From positions 1,984,001-2,048,000 of the forward strand of contig CM082577.2 of assembly GCA_040954595.2 (NCBI GenBank): 64,000 bases of DNA. The letters run 5' to 3'. This stretch comes from Balanoglossus misakiensis (lineage: Eukaryota > Animalia > Hemichordata). A program made the translations under genes and the position numbers. Below the pieces are notes generated by a model. That model searched no databases and was not told the DNA's origin. It saw only the letters and a list, made by a program, of their open reading frames with translations. Below are positions 13,521-27,907 of this stretch, piece by piece. The stretch's first letter is position 1; every line of letters begins with the position of its first letter.

Positions 13521-16169
13521 AAATGAAAGGGCCCTCATAAAAAACAACGAAGTAAATACACAGTGTGAATTTTGAGTGGATGTTATGATGTACTAAAAAT
13601 GACATAAACATATTGAATACTAGCGAGTGGTATTAAATCTGAATAAAATTCTATTTGTCTACATCATATCGAGTGTTCTTTACAGAAATTCACTGTGACA
13701 CATGCCAACATAGGCTATACTTTCTTTTACATAAGTTTGTTTTTTTGCCACTTTACAGAAATACTTGATTTCTGACCAAACAACCAAAGCAGGGCCTTAG
13801 CTTAACCTGTAGTTTAATTGATTCATTATTCTCGTGGCAGGCTATCACTCGAAGCACTGCATGTTTTCTCATTTGCATTCTGAAGAGGAGAGCTGTTTGG
13901 AATTCTTGTTTTTATATACTCGATCCCCTCAGTGCGTGAACAAAATATGCCTTCACTCGTCAGAAAGTAAAATTTGTTCACGACAATATGTTTTGACGGA
14001 ACAGCTGAGACTGTTGGTAGTTTTTAAAAGGTCTGGGTTCCCCGGGGACTCATTCAGTAATGATGTGAAAGTTTTTTACAGACTTGTTTAAATGGTTAAA
14101 GCTTCCGTTTGCTTTAATACAAGGGGCGGGAACCTCAGTCGTACTTTTTCGCATCCCTGATAGAATCGGACATCGTCTGTTTTAATGTTCAGGCTGCGTG
14201 GATCTTGGCAACCACACGGCACGCGATAACTCATGGCCTTTTTTATCTCGCCTCCTCATCTTTATGCCTTCCCTGTGAAGCAGGCAAAAAAAAAGTCCCT
14301 CAGCCTGTTGACCTGTCTAATCGTGAGGATGCCGGCGTGATGCATCCATTTGTCGTGCCAGGAGGAAGAATTTGATGCCTGTTGTCTGGCGTGTGATCAG
14401 TTCGTCAGACCCGTCTTCCAGTGACGTAAAAAAGTACCCTCATATCACCGCCCTTAATGCGTTTTGTCGTGCATGTTTCTCCTCTGTGTAATCTTCCACA
14501 AATTGCAATGGAGGCACACGCCTTTTCAGCACCGGCTTAGAGATAGCAGATTATATATACACCAGATAAGTGATGGACCAGTCAGATATTTTTTTACATA
14601 TAAGGGACCATCTCCTATCAATATTAGGAACGTGAGACTGTCATTGCCATCATCTTGAGGGGAAAAAATAATGAAGTTTATCCACACTGAAAATCTCCCA
14701 ATAAATCACAAAACTGAGAGGTAGGCTGGTCCACTGTAGACTGTAAAGGATACCTTTGTAAACCAGACTTGGATAAAACATCAATGATGTAAAAGTTTTC
14801 TTTTCACAAATCTGCTCTTCACAGAGCACTTGTCTTGAAGTTTCATTATAATCCACGTTAAATTAAAATTTTAAATTTTATCAACTCTTTGAAAAGGTCA
14901 TATGGCTTATCATGAATAGCTGAATATAGATGTGAAATTCGGAAGGTTCTGATTTGTGAAGTGTTTTTGGTTTCCATTTCTTATTTCTACTTAACAATCT
15001 GTAAAACTCTTTGAAATGGCTCTGGTGTAGGTTTTCAATGTAATGAAACCATGCCAACTGACAAGCAATAAACCACAGAGTGCAATCTTTTTAACGGTCT
15101 CACCACAGAGGGCGCCATTGTGGGTATAAGTTCTTAAAAATGTGCCTTGTATCTACAACTCTTCCCCTTTCACACAAAAAATTGAGCTGAGATTTTGAAA
15201 TGTCAGAATATTCATTCCTCGAATCAGCATTTTTTTTTCTTGTCATGGAGCCATTAAATGTGATTTGTGTGTGTGAACACTGAACAGGAAAACAATTACT
15301 GTATCCTAATGTGAGGATACCTTGAAACGACAGCAAGACAGAGATTCAAGCAGTGAACCCCCCTCTGGGAGATTATTTCCCTCCCTTTTGGTTCTAGATA
15401 ATGCGTTTTCTAAATTTACTCATTGCCAACCTTGTTGACAATCTAATAAATTGTTGCGGACAACTGCATTGTAAAAGCACACTGGGTCTTTTACACATTC
15501 TATGTTACATGTATCTGAGCCAATAACAGAATGCTTAAGAAGAAAATCTTTTTGGAAAAAAAAAATCAATACATTTCTGCTCAAGAATGCCTGTTCTGAG
15601 CGAAACATACCGATTCGGGATCAGGTCTGGGAAAGCATGACCTGAGTGGGTTGTCATGACAATAGCAATCGTCATGGCGATAGCAATCGATTTGTCAGGT
15701 ATGTGTAGTACAGACTTTAAAAAAAGGTTTTTGTACCCTTAAAATAGAAAAGTAGACGTCCTAACAGCAAGACTCGATAATCCTTGCGCAGTTCTCATTG
15801 TACATTTGGGCGATCTGTCTGAAAGTGCGTGTACTGTATGTGCCACCCTGCTGTATTCTTGGTTTTATTTTTATTTTCCGCAACAGGTCCTGAGGCAGAA
15901 ATCGGGTTGCGAGAGGAAACCGGCAGGTGGGGACGTCATTGATGAAGACAGAAGACTTGAACAAACTTTCACATTTTTCTGAATTTCACAAGTATGACAG
16001 CCAGTCTGGACGCCACAAAACCTCCATCGGTCGACCGCTGTCCGTATCTTCCACCGAACTCTGAACTCAACTTCAGGAAATCTGTGTATTGGCAGGGAGT
16101 GTAGAGTGTATATACGAGTGTGCAAAATAGTTCTGTGTCAACTTTTTTCTTGTGTGTGTGTGGACCTTT

Positions 16170-16236
16170 CGTCGTCGTGGAACTCGCTGGTTCTGGTTCT
16201 GCCGTCGTCGTGGAAACTCACTGGTTCTGGTTGTGC
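16170..16236 (+). repeat. Tandem duplication, ~33-bp unit x2, just 5' of the candidate start codon
   Basis: CGTCGTCGTGGAACTCGCTGGTTCTGGTTCTGC followed by CGTCGTCGTGGAAACTCACTGGTTCTGGTTGTGC. Confidence 0.85.
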
Positions 16237-16248
16237 CGCCACCAGAAA

Positions 16249-16348
16249 ATGATCATGCTCTCGGCACATGAGCGGTGGCTCTACGCTTTCAAGCGCATCT
16301 TGATGAGGAGAAAGTGGAAGAATGTGTCGCGGAAAGTCGTCAAACAAG
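16249..16348 (+). CDS. Candidate first coding exon of ANKFN1 (MIMLSAHERWLYAFKRILMRRKWKNVSRKVVKQ)
   Basis: ATG at 16249, coding-like sequence, strong donor CAAG|GTGAGA at 16349 in phase 1, matching downstream phase-1 exons. Confidence 0.55.
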
Positions 16349-19300
16349 GTGAGAGGGGCTGTTCAACTGGGGAGGAGGGAGGGAGGGAGGTAGGGTGGGT
16401 GGAATTTGATCAGTCGTCTGATGATCAGAATTGTGGATTTCTGTATCAGGAAGCAATCAAGGTAAGTTTCACCATATCTCATTCTCTGTTGTTGTTTTTC
16501 ATTGTGCCACGCATCTCTAGGATAAGTATGGTCCTTTTTTGTTCAATGGGTGTTCTGCAGCCTTTTCATAATACCCGACAGTATGTCCCTCAATATGTGC
16601 TCAAGATGTGATTGTAAACCTGGTCCGTAAAAGCAAAGCTTGATTGCTGAACTGTGCAGCTGCTGAAACTTTTTTCGGTCAATCTCATTGTTGAGATAAA
16701 AAACAACAACATGGCTTTGTAAATTTTTAGGTTGAAATAACCGGGTAATTACAAACTCATTACAAGATAAATCACCTCGTTGAATGACGCCCTGTCATTT
16801 CCTCCACTTCATAAATCTGGTCACCTTGGGCGATATAATGAGAAGCGGGGCATGCACGGTTGTCATGGCGACGATTGGGTGCTTTTACGGGCATGTCTCT
16901 CGGTCTGTTGTACTCCCAGATATTTGCTGTCAGAGATGCTTCTGATATTTGTACACTCGATTGTCTTCATGAGACGTATTATTTGTATAAAAATGTGGAG
17001 TCATGGAATTTTTGGTTTTGTACTTCGGAATTGTTCTCTGTTGAGGTGTCTCTCAGTACCACAATGCTCAACTGTCTGAGTTTATGGTAATCCTGACGGA
17101 TTTACAGATTTGAGGGTTGGATGTCTTCTGTTTACCTTTCTCGCATGTATGCAGGATATCAGCTAATTAACTCCCATCTCCCAAAAACACCAAATGACAG
17201 AAAGTAATTCTTTCATGTGAAAGATTTTGTTTCCTAAATCTTTGTGACTAAACTTTTTAAGGGCATAAATGGATCACAGAAGAAAGGTTAAAGGGATAAG
17301 ATTTCAGTATCACTTTCCCTTTTTCAGTGTAGTGGAATTCATTCTTGTTTAAAGCACCTTTTGTGTTAACTGTTTTTGAAGTGGTCAATTGCACAACAGC
17401 ATGTTGGACTAAAGTTTCAACTTAGTCACATATGGCGATTTCAAATTTTATCTGGTAATCAGTGTACTTTCATTCACAAGTCCTGTAATTCTTTGATGGA
17501 AAACATTTGGGGGGATTCACTTTTTACACAACAATGTGCAGTTTGTAGTTTGTGGTGCAGACTCTTAGTCCACTTGTATCCATTCTCTGTAGATGAATGT
17601 TTTGTCATCTGAAACCTTATAATCAAATTATCAGTAAACAAAGGTTGTTTGTGCAGTTAACAAGTAATTGTTAATTGAACAACAAAGTTATAATGACTCT
17701 ACAGCAAAAGAAACAATGGAAAGTCGGTTTCATCCCATCTGGGAGTTTGTCTGGCGTTGAAAGAGAGAGAGTAAGTCAGAAGAAGTGTTGTTTTGTTCTT
17801 TGAGTGTGTGTGTGTTCTTTAGAGCTTATTGGCCGGCTTTGAATAATGTCAGCATGCACTGTGACTCGTCAAAGGAAACCCCAGTAGCTGCATAGAAGTT
17901 GCCCGCTGCAACCTTGCCGACCGACTGCCGGCTGTATAATTGTTCGACTGTTGTGTAGACGTGCACAGACTGTCATGGAAACCGGGTGAAGTGGTCCCAA
18001 TGGCCCCAGCGCCGGCCGGCCCATTCATGCTAATCCGAGCGTCCGCGACCATAGCGTGCGTAGCAAAAATCGGGGGAGGTGCCTGTTCCTCCAGTCTCTT
18101 TTGTTAATTGTCAAATTGTTGTAAATAGACAAACGTATCGGTCGGTGAAGGCAGTTACTCACGCGCGCTCACACACACATCTACATGTATGGTACACCAC
18201 ATCCATTGCAATGAAAAAGAAGCGGTCCCTTGTGAACTGAACTCTTGGGTGTTGTGATTGGACTAATCAGGGAGGTTGACCACGACCTGCAGGCTTCCAG
18301 CGTTGCCCCAAGGATATCGGAACTCAATCATATACTCCTTGAACATTTTGAACTGAGTCAGGAGAGAGCAGCCTATACATTGTGGTTTGTTTTTTTCTTG
18401 TCAACTAGTTACAGAACCAGGGTGAGTGATCGAGAGAGTTTCCTTTGATTCTTTTCATGGCTTTCTTAATAGTGACAGCTGTGTTGTTGTGGTCGGATGT
18501 AAATATCCGTCGTGTACATGTATAGGTTTCAGCGTGAATGAAGGGCGTTTTAATTCCGGCGCGCCGGGCATAATTTATTGGTGACATCTCGCACTAATTT
18601 TGACAGAGATATAAAGCGGTCTTGATCCTGTAGCGTTGGTAAAGTCATTGGTGCTTAACGTGTGTAGTGTGTGTGTGTGCGGGATAAAAAGAATTAAGGT
18701 ATGTATATGTGATGGTAACTTGATACCCTTTTGTTGGGCACAGTTATCCTACTGTTATGTGGAAAACAGTGGATTTGTTAGTGCATTGGATAAGAGGAGT
18801 CAGCGTTGGTGACCTCTCCCCGCGAACATGGTTTGTGTATGCGTGTGCTGTCATGACAGTTCCCCCACAGTTGTCGAGTACAGGGTAACCTTCTTTGTAC
18901 CACCAAGATAACCACTGATATACAAAATGTAACAACAACCACACCAGTAACCGACCACCAAATAAACCTGCTTGACCGTGCACCCTCTCTCTGGTGCACT
19001 GTCAAGACCATCACCGAAAAATAATAACCCATCCCACAATGGCTGACATGAAAACTGATTCAGAAGTGGAAAAAAATCTCGTCCACACCAACACATCCAC
19101 CATGGTATCAAATTGCATGTCAACAATCATGACCTAAAAGCTTGAGAACTCACGTACGTTCGCGCAACCGAACTCTCTCATGTCAGAAATCAACAGGTGG
19201 TTTCCTTCGCTCTACCCACAAGTTTTCCAAACAGCCAGGGTTCACGGTCACATGCTTTGTCACAGTTCTCATCGTTTTTGTCGAAGTTTTGGCAATGGCG

Positions 19301-20570
19301 TTTTTTACGTCACATGGCTCTGATGTCATGTCGCTTATTGTCCTTCCCTTTTTGAAAAGTTCTGCAAGTCATACGGTGTTTGTCCTTCACTTTCAAGATT
19401 TTTTGTTCATCTGCCATGTGGAGTGCAAATTACAGTACCACAAATGACAATAATAAAAATTTTAGGTATTTCCACCGTCTTCGACTTGTCAGACAGTTAG
19501 TGGAGACTTTGTCAGCTTTTTGTCAACATACGAGTTGAGAGGCATGTAATTTGGACAATTATAGGCCACTTACACAGGCAGTCAACCATGTTTAAGGAGC
19601 AAATGCTTGGTAGCTGTCCAAGTGTTTGACAATTTAGTGAAGTGGCCGACGTGTTTACACTTTCTATCAAACCTCTCCACAAATTTCCAATCATCCAATA
19701 AATATTACAGGCCCCTAGCTGGTATACAGATCTTCACTTGTCGATATTCTTTGGGTTTCATACATTGCGCCATTTTGGTACATACATGTAGCATGACAAG
19801 AATGCAATTATGCCTCATTTGTGTAGGTTGATGCAGGCGGCCATTTTGTGGTTGCCACCAATTAATTGTTTCCATCAATGTTTGATAGCCAGTTGATATG
19901 ATACTAATCCCTCGACAAGCATGCTTACGTGAGATCCTTTTTGTTTTGAATGTAAAATTATGAAAATAATGCAAAATTTTTGTCTGTATGGAGCTTTAAT
20001 AGTTAACAGTGTTGCATTCGAGTTTGATACAGTCGCTGCTTTTCAGAACCCTATAAGTATGTCTAGAAATTATGAACAATCTTCTCCCCCGCGGAATTAC
20101 ATGTAGTGATTCCATTTCAGAATATCTAAATTACCCTTTCCCTCATTTTCAACGGTCAGTGACGTCGTATATATCTCAGCGTGACGACGGGTGAAGCGCT
20201 TTGAAGAGTTGAAGTCAGTTCAACCCATATTCCGCGTAATGTTCTGGATTCTGAGTGACGATAATCCTAGCTTCATGCCACCCACTCAAATAGCCCTAAT
20301 ATGTTTTTACTTCTGCAAGACCTGATCATTTCTGAGAAACTATTTCAAAGATGCATGCGTACATGTAGCTTTACTCAACTGTTTATTGCATCCTTGATAC
20401 AGGTCATGTGAGGTTGTCTCAAAACTTATTGCAGCGTCATAATGTCTTAACATTTGTAATGTTTTAGCATTTGTAAAAAGTTTGTGTGAACATCACAACA
20501 ATTAGAAATATCCAAGTCTTTAGAATTTTATTCTGAAGTTTCCTTATATTCCGTTGAATTCTGGGATTTC

Positions 20571-20588
20571 GGGGGGGGGGGGGGGGGG
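20571..20588 (+). repeat. Poly-G homopolymer (similar C/G runs at ~1944, 8500, 21908, 23400, 25534, 32307)
   Basis: 18-nt G run read directly from the sequence. Confidence 0.9.
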
Positions 20589-23500
20589 TGAATTCTTAGA
20601 ACTGTGATATGTTCCCTGGAGCACTTGTCGTGGAGTATATAAGATTCTTCACGTACATATAGGAATGAGTCACTCCAGACAATTGCTTAGTTTTTGTTGC
20701 CTGTCAGAAATAAGGTGTAATAAAAATTATCTGCTTGAGTTCTCCTTCAATAAATTCAACATGTGATTTGAATTTATTCCCTGCCTGGGGTAATCTTCTG
20801 TCTGTCGCATTTCTTGGGGTTTTCATTGTAGTATATGATGGACCTAATAAGTGATTCCTGCAAGGTCATTTTTACGGTATCGTTTAATTGTTGTGTATTT
20901 CAAGAACACCAGGTTTAAAAAAAAATTCTGGCACCTTCAAGTACATGTAGTACCGCTGAAATAAAAGGTGGATGAGTAAAAACATGCGAGTTAGCACAAA
21001 ATATGCCAGCTTTTTAGTGATCAACGGCTACAGCTGGAATTCTGACATGTGAGTTTTATATAGCAAACACCCTCGTGTCAGTTTCATTTAAGACACAAGG
21101 TTTTGTAGCTTCATTAGAGCATTGTGTTTCACTTTTCTCACATCTTGTAAGACACTTGCTTAGCTACCCATTTGCTTAAAGGGGACACTTCCTTTACTGT
21201 GACGAGGTTTGATTGACTGCCGTAAAATTTCGCATTTTTCTGAGCGCTTCTGTCACGAGAGCATCCGGTGGTGTCGTGAAAGATGTCAAGTTTCAATTTC
21301 GTGTTTTTTCAAACTTTGACAAGCATTTGTTACCCAGTCAGCCTCAATTCCCTCCATAACAACGTCATTGCGTGCATTTAATTAAAGTGGATTCACAGTT
21401 CATAAAATGACAAAACATACGAACATTACTCCGGAAATACCGCTAATCCTGTACGCCGTTTCCCTCAATGTTGCGGTCCAGCCTTACCTTTGAGTATAAA
21501 GAGACAGTTTTATGCGGAATGCCCCAAAATGTCTGGTGGAAAAAAGGTCTTCAAAAAGACAAAAATGCTCATAAATAACCGATAGCACATATTACTGACA
21601 CTTATCGTTTTTCTCAACTCTAATAATTTACGGTGTTGCACGTGCTGCTGATCACAAGAATAAAAAAAAACACTTAGAGTGGCAAAATGTCCACCGGGAT
21701 CTCTGTTAATGCTTTTGGAAAATTGTCATTTCTTTATTTTCTCGTAAAAAAAGAAAGCAAAGGCCAATACATTTCTTGATAGAGCCTCTTGCGATTTCAG
21801 TAATGATAAACTATGGATTTACATGACTTTACAAACGTCTGCCCCATTATCACCTTATCAATAATGAATATAAGTCAAAAATGAGGGTGGAAGCTTTAAT
21901 TCAAAGTGGGGGGGGGGGGTATTTCTGATCAAGGCGAGTGTATGGCGTATACGTACAGAGTGTTCTCTACCCCTTCCCTCACAAGGAAAGTGAATGCAAA
22001 ATTGAGGTTTCCAAACTTGTTGCAACTGCGCTGTAATAGCATTCAGCCGTTGCAGCTAGACCAAGTTAATCTTTGAATCGATCAGTGAAAAATGAGAAAA
22101 GAAATTATCCAGTGTTGTATGATTCTAGAAGGCTTTCACGTAATCTGTTACAGTCACTGCGACATTTTCTCGTAATTTATCAAATGATCCCGGCCGTGCG
22201 GTAAATTCATGAGATTGTGTTAATGAGAATTTCATCGGTATTTGCACAACACGCTACACGCCTGCTCTGCATCTAGCTGCCTCAATCAAGATATCGCCCT
22301 AATATAGTTTTCACGTGCTTGGGTTTCAACAGCCCCCAGTCATTGTTTATTCCTAAAAAACAGATCTTTAGTTAATAGAATCAGAGGGAAATGGAATACA
22401 GAAAATGGAGCCAATTTCAGGTTCAGACAAAGTAGTTTCAGGGCCATCTCTACAGCATCAGCCTCATTGTGTGTCTCTACTAGTTCCAAAAAAACATCTT
22501 TCGGGCTTTTTGTGTGTAATGCCATGTTCATACACATCATGGACATCTCTTGTGAATGTCACATCCTTAAAAGTACATGTATTGGCTTCTAATAATACCC
22601 CACCCCCAAAATATATTGAAAGTAGTTGTATTTTCTTTATACAGTAAGTACATGTATGCCCAGATTCTAGTGCATACTTGTCCATCACAGAATTGTTGCA
22701 TCGTGTAGTGAGGATTTGCATTGTGACCCAAGGATTTGAACTATATACATCTACATGTATATATTGCAAATCGAACTAGTTTCAGAATTTGTTGACATTC
22801 GAGAACAAAATCAAGATCATAGTCATTTCTGTAACAAATGATCGAATGGTTCGGGATGTGTGTACTTTTCTGAGAAAATCAGAGGAGAAAAGTTGACCCC
22901 ACGGTACAAAGGTTAAGGCAGGATTAACAATGACAGTGATTTTATCGATAATTGGGTTTGTTAAAAGTCCAAATGATTTGTTTCATAGGCTGCCAATAGA
23001 GAGAGGCAAAACGAGAATCGTGTGGTGTGGGCTAATTTGATTGATGGCGTGATCATGAAGTTGCCATGGAAATTGAGAATTGGCAATTTGTGCTCGTTAT
23101 CCGTGAGAAAAGGCAAAATTCCACTTGCATGTGTTTATATTACATGTGAGTAGACTTGCAGCCACGCTGTTTCAAGAACTAAACGAACGGTGGGATCAAT
23201 TCCAAAGTTTGGCCAATTGAAATGTTACCTTGACAAAAAAAACCTGTAAATATAAGGAAGGCAAGGAAGGTTGTATTCTGAAATTAGAATCTGATATCTT
23301 GATTTTAACTGTAAACCTTGCAATCTCATGTTGACATAATTTTTTATCAAAATAGAATCATCTTCTAAATGCGTCCACCATAAAATAAAGCCCTTCTCAC
23401 CCCCCCCCCCCAGTGAGTAGGTCCAATCACACCCCAGAAAACAACTAAAATCGCAGCAGTCATGGGGGTTTCAAAACCACCTGAACCTATATTTCTGTAA

Positions 23501-26236
23501 CATCTTCTATAATACCCCCCCCACACACACACACAGGCATCTGCTTTTGTCCAATTTTGATGAAAAAGAAAACAAAAACGGTAAGACGACACCCATAGGA
23601 TTAGCGTAACTGATAAAAGCAAGCAAAGCATGCTGGGAATTTCTTTTCGCACAACTTGCGACTCAGGTGAAACTAATCGTTATGCAAACATCACTCAGGC
23701 TTCCATGCTCCAATTCCTTTTCTCATTTGAAACTAACAGACTGTCAAATGAACGTGATGTGATGGAAAGTAGTGGTCACTTATTTTTTTTCTCCTAAATT
23801 GAGATCAAAGAAGTTGATTCCTCTGAAAAGGGCAGACTTTCAAACCAAATGCGTTCTCCAAAATATTTATATCTGGGTGTACATGCGGTCATGTCGTGCT
23901 AGTCATTAACCCCAGAGAAATGTAATGTCAGTGACTAAGAACAAAAACACAAACTTTTTAAATTGACGGTTCACTTCTTTCCATCTGGTATTAATGTTCC
24001 CCTGAAGGCCACCATCAAGCGTCATTAAACTCCAAATCTGGGCGATGGCCACTCAAGGTCAACTGCAAGCTCCCGCAAAACCCCTGGATGCGCAAGTTCA
24101 CATAAATAACTCAGAATTTCCCCAGCTTTCAGCATGGCTGAACTTTATTGCAGCATCTCGTAGCGCCAAAAATAAAACTTCAGTCGGGCCGCCCAATTAA
24201 AAAGAGACGATTATGGCTCGGTACTTACTTTGAGGACACGGACGTGATATCGAGGGGTAATTGCATTTATTCAGTGGCCTACATTTCAAGTTCAGATTTA
24301 TGCATTTGGAGGTAGAAAGGGGGAGAAAGAGAGATGAGCTTTTACAACACGTTATTATCACACACTGATGTTTTAAAGAGATCTGTATTTGGCCCTGATA
24401 GTCCCGGTTAATGTTCTTCATTCCAATGGATCAAAGTTCTCTTCACCCTTTCTGTGTGGTCACGATGGCCTAAGAGTTTGTTTGTTGCCAGTTCGGACAC
24501 TACTGGCAAGATACTGATATGATAGCTAATGGGAAGGAAGTCATAACTAGATACTTTTCTCTCGAACTGATAACGTTCTTTTGACAGTTCTGTAGTTCTT
24601 TCAGGCATTCCAAATCATGACTGTTAAGTAAACCAATCCCTTCCTGCCGACAAATCAATAAATTTGCTCCGTTGGTGTGAAAATCGGTTTCTTTTTTTAG
24701 CCTTTCCTCGATGACAAATTGTTGAAGTCCAGGCCTACGTGCAAGGCCGCGCGTTCCTCTGGCTTGGAAGTCATTCTGTCTGTTGCCATGGCAGTAGTTG
24801 TCATGGGAGCCCGGCGATCATTGCGTCCAGCAGATAATCATTTGTAGGACCTATGAAAACTTAATTTATAGCACTGTACTCTAATCCTCGCAAGTTTGAT
24901 ACAGTTAGCAAAGAAGGGAAAAAAGAACGTTGATTAGAACGGTGTCAGGATGCTTGTGTGAATGCCCTCCATACGTTGCGACCCCAGAGATCTGGAAAGG
25001 GCAACGCTCTGATGAAGTTTGCCCCCTTGCCATAAGGTGAGTCAGTATTGGTCATTATTACGTTCAGTGATTGTGGACTGTACATGTAAGCCGGATGCTG
25101 ATTGGCTGTGATGGTGTGTGGTAGGTTTGAATTGTCCAATTGGCCGGGGTGAGAGAGTGGCTGAGGTCTGTGTGAGTTCAGGTGGGCAGCTGTATCTCAG
25201 TAGAAGGCACACAGTGCTACAGACGAAGGTAAGTGGCATATTCTCTGTTTCATACGGATTTTCTGAATGCCATGAATTTCGTTCACATATATCTATATCT
25301 TTGTTGACAAAATTGGTAAACACTGTCACAAAGTGTCCAGTTGATATAACCCATGCATGCTCACATTGGCATTCTCACTGTTATTCATAAATTGGGTGGC
25401 TTAATTTAAACAAGTGTCAGAGAAATCTTATTTTGGAACTCCTTTTGTAGTCTGTTCTTAATTATTAAGACCGGTTTACTTTTCAATGCTTTTGCTATAT
25501 AAAACAGTGATTTTTGACTAACAAAGCTATTGACCCCCCCCCCCCCCCAAAAAAAAAATGCCTGTAAATATTTTAGGACAATTTAAAATCAATATTATAT
25601 AAACTGGGAATTCCAAAAAAGTATTCCTTTTGCCTGACTGATTTTAGGCTTACCTGGTGTGGACTGCACCATTTTGGTAGGGTGGGCAAAACGACACAAA
25701 TTACGGCACCTGGATAGTTCATTTTCATACTGCCGATTACCTCTGATATGATGAACAAATGAAAAGAAACATTTGCAAATGGATGAGTCATTGTCAAAAC
25801 TGGGTTGTAAATGAAGAGTTGTCTTAAAATTGTTCTATATGTGACGTCAAAGAGCATTACAGAGCACAGCGTTAACACATGCTCGATGGATGCCCCTGTC
25901 AAAAAAAATGGATTGATCCACAAAAAATGTCATTAGGGATTTAGCCAGGTAACTGGCAACACGTAAGGCTTGATTTAAGTAAAGAAGCAATTGATACACG
26001 CACACTGACACACACCAGTGTGAGATTTTCTCGGATCACCCCAACATTTATCGCCATCGTACGCGAGCTGCCAATCTCCCTACGTCCGTGCACGCTGCCT
26101 GCAATCAGGAAGGATTATACGTTTTTTAGCAGAACATCACTCTACTGTACGTTGTGAGACTCTTCTCCGTATGCCGGAGTTGCAAAGTTGCTGGTTCTAA
26201 ATGTGTGATTTGTGTCAACTTGTCTGTTCCACGTAG

Positions 26237-26355
26237 GTTCCGCCTGGCAACTTGGGGACGATGTAGACGCCGAGGACAAGCCCTACTCGTCACATGAAGA
26301 CATCAGCTCCCACTCCAGGGCAACTATATTTCTGAATTCTCAGCCGCTGCAGTCA
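26237..26355 (+). CDS. Candidate alternative internal exon of ANKFN1 (GSAWQLGDDVDAEDKPYSSHEDISSHSRATIFLNSQPLQS)
   Basis: Acceptor tgtctgttccacgtag and donor GTGAGT at 26356. Only the phase-1-in / phase-0-out frame is open. Confidence 0.5.
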
Positions 26356-27842
26356 GTGAGTAAAACTTCAATTAGCAGAACTTTGTGTGCTTCGGGTGTG
26401 ATGGTTCAGTTGGTTTTCTGTTGCATTTTTTTTTTTTGCAGTTTTGCTGTTATTATTTTCAGTCCAGAATTATGTTTAAGAGCTAATTTTAAGTTGCATG
26501 CACAAAATATCTCTCGATAACATTTTTCCGCAAGAAATCTGGTCTCTTTCTTTCTCGTATGTTGTTGAACGGCATTCGGATGGGAAAAAAAACCTGCAGC
26601 CAAAATTCGCACTTCAAAACCTGAACTAGATGCATCCAGTTTTTCTGCATGCGCAGTGTTTACCAAGTTCTGAGACTAGTCAATCTGTAAAGTGATACAG
26701 CGTGCCCTGAAGATGAGATTCTCGTTGTCTCAGATTGCCATGACGGGTTAAGCCGTAGTTTGCCCGTGCCCAGTGTCCCAAATTTAACAAGTTACGACGA
26801 CTCCAAGACAGATCAGAATCGTCCTCGTGCAATGGCTTAGCCAAGTGTTGACAGTCCCAGTTAATCCCAAAATGGAGTTTAGATTCACAAATTCTTATAA
26901 TTAATATATCTTCTGATTTATTAATTAATCCTCGTTACTCTTTTTCTACTGAACAAGCCCGTCAGGCGCACAGGGACCCCGATATCTAGCTGTACCTGAA
27001 ATTATTCCAGTGAATGCATTTGTACTAAATTGGATACATGTAGAGAGTTGGAATAGATGAAGCGTACATAAATTCTGTTCCAGTATTTTTTTCCCCTTTC
27101 GCTTGGTTGACAAATTTATACAGTGCACTAGAGACTAGGTTGAGCTGCAGTGACTGATTACAGTCCCTCTATCAGATAGACGGACTGTGGACTGACAAAC
27201 CATAGAGCATGGCAAAGTTTACATGTACTTTGTTTCCATTGGATATGTGACTGTTATTTTCAAGCCACAAAAACAGACCAAGTCTTTCTTGGCAAAAACA
27301 ATTAGCTCACTACTTTTTATAGTCATAAGAACACACACGACATTTCAAATTTGGTATCTACTTTTGGAAGTTAATAATGTATTTTAAGATCAAGTCTATT
27401 TGGTCCAAAATTTTCCAGTACAACATAGGTACAACTACCTCTCTGGTAGTGATCGTGAAAACACTCAAAGTTCTAAGAAAGGGAAGGACTTCTGTTTCTC
27501 AGATTCTGTTTCGTTTAGGTACATAGTGGGCTTACGTACATTTCACCCACATTTGAAGACCATGGTAACTCACCCACAATTAATGTCATTAGGGTCCGTT
27601 CGGCTTTCACTTGCAGGTGACCAACTGGAATAAATCACCAATAGACAAAACTGAAAATTAACATAACCACTGGAGATGCTGTTCTGAATTTTCATTTTAT
27701 TTTCTGCTGCAACAAGTCATTTTTGTGATTTTCTTTTGCACAGCTTTTGTTTCGGTTTGGTTTTTATTTCTTTATTTCATTGCCTCTGTATTTAAAGTGT
27801 TTGTGTCGTGTGTGACAGTGTCTCGAACTTATTACACTGCAG

Positions 27843-27907
27843 GATATCTTAGCCTCGAGCAATCAGGCGGGTTTAAAAGCTATGGTGCGGAAACCTGCAA
27901 TGCCAAA
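27843..27907 (+). CDS. ANKFN1: ANKFN1 N-terminal exon (open in two frames)
   Basis: Acceptor ctgcag, donor GTAAGT. Reads GYLSLEQSGGFKSYGAETCNAK (phase 1 in) or DILASSNQAGLKAMVRKPAMP (phase 0 in). Confidence 0.55.

Noticed and set aside
16120-16611. 163-aa ORF as a stand-alone gene
   Set aside because: Only 16249-16348 looks coding. The rest reads through a strong splice donor into intron-like sequence.
127-25000. Many 60-130 aa ORFs in the upstream region
   Set aside because: Compositionally typical of non-coding AT-rich DNA, with no domain or splice-consistent structure. No transposase or RT motifs seen.
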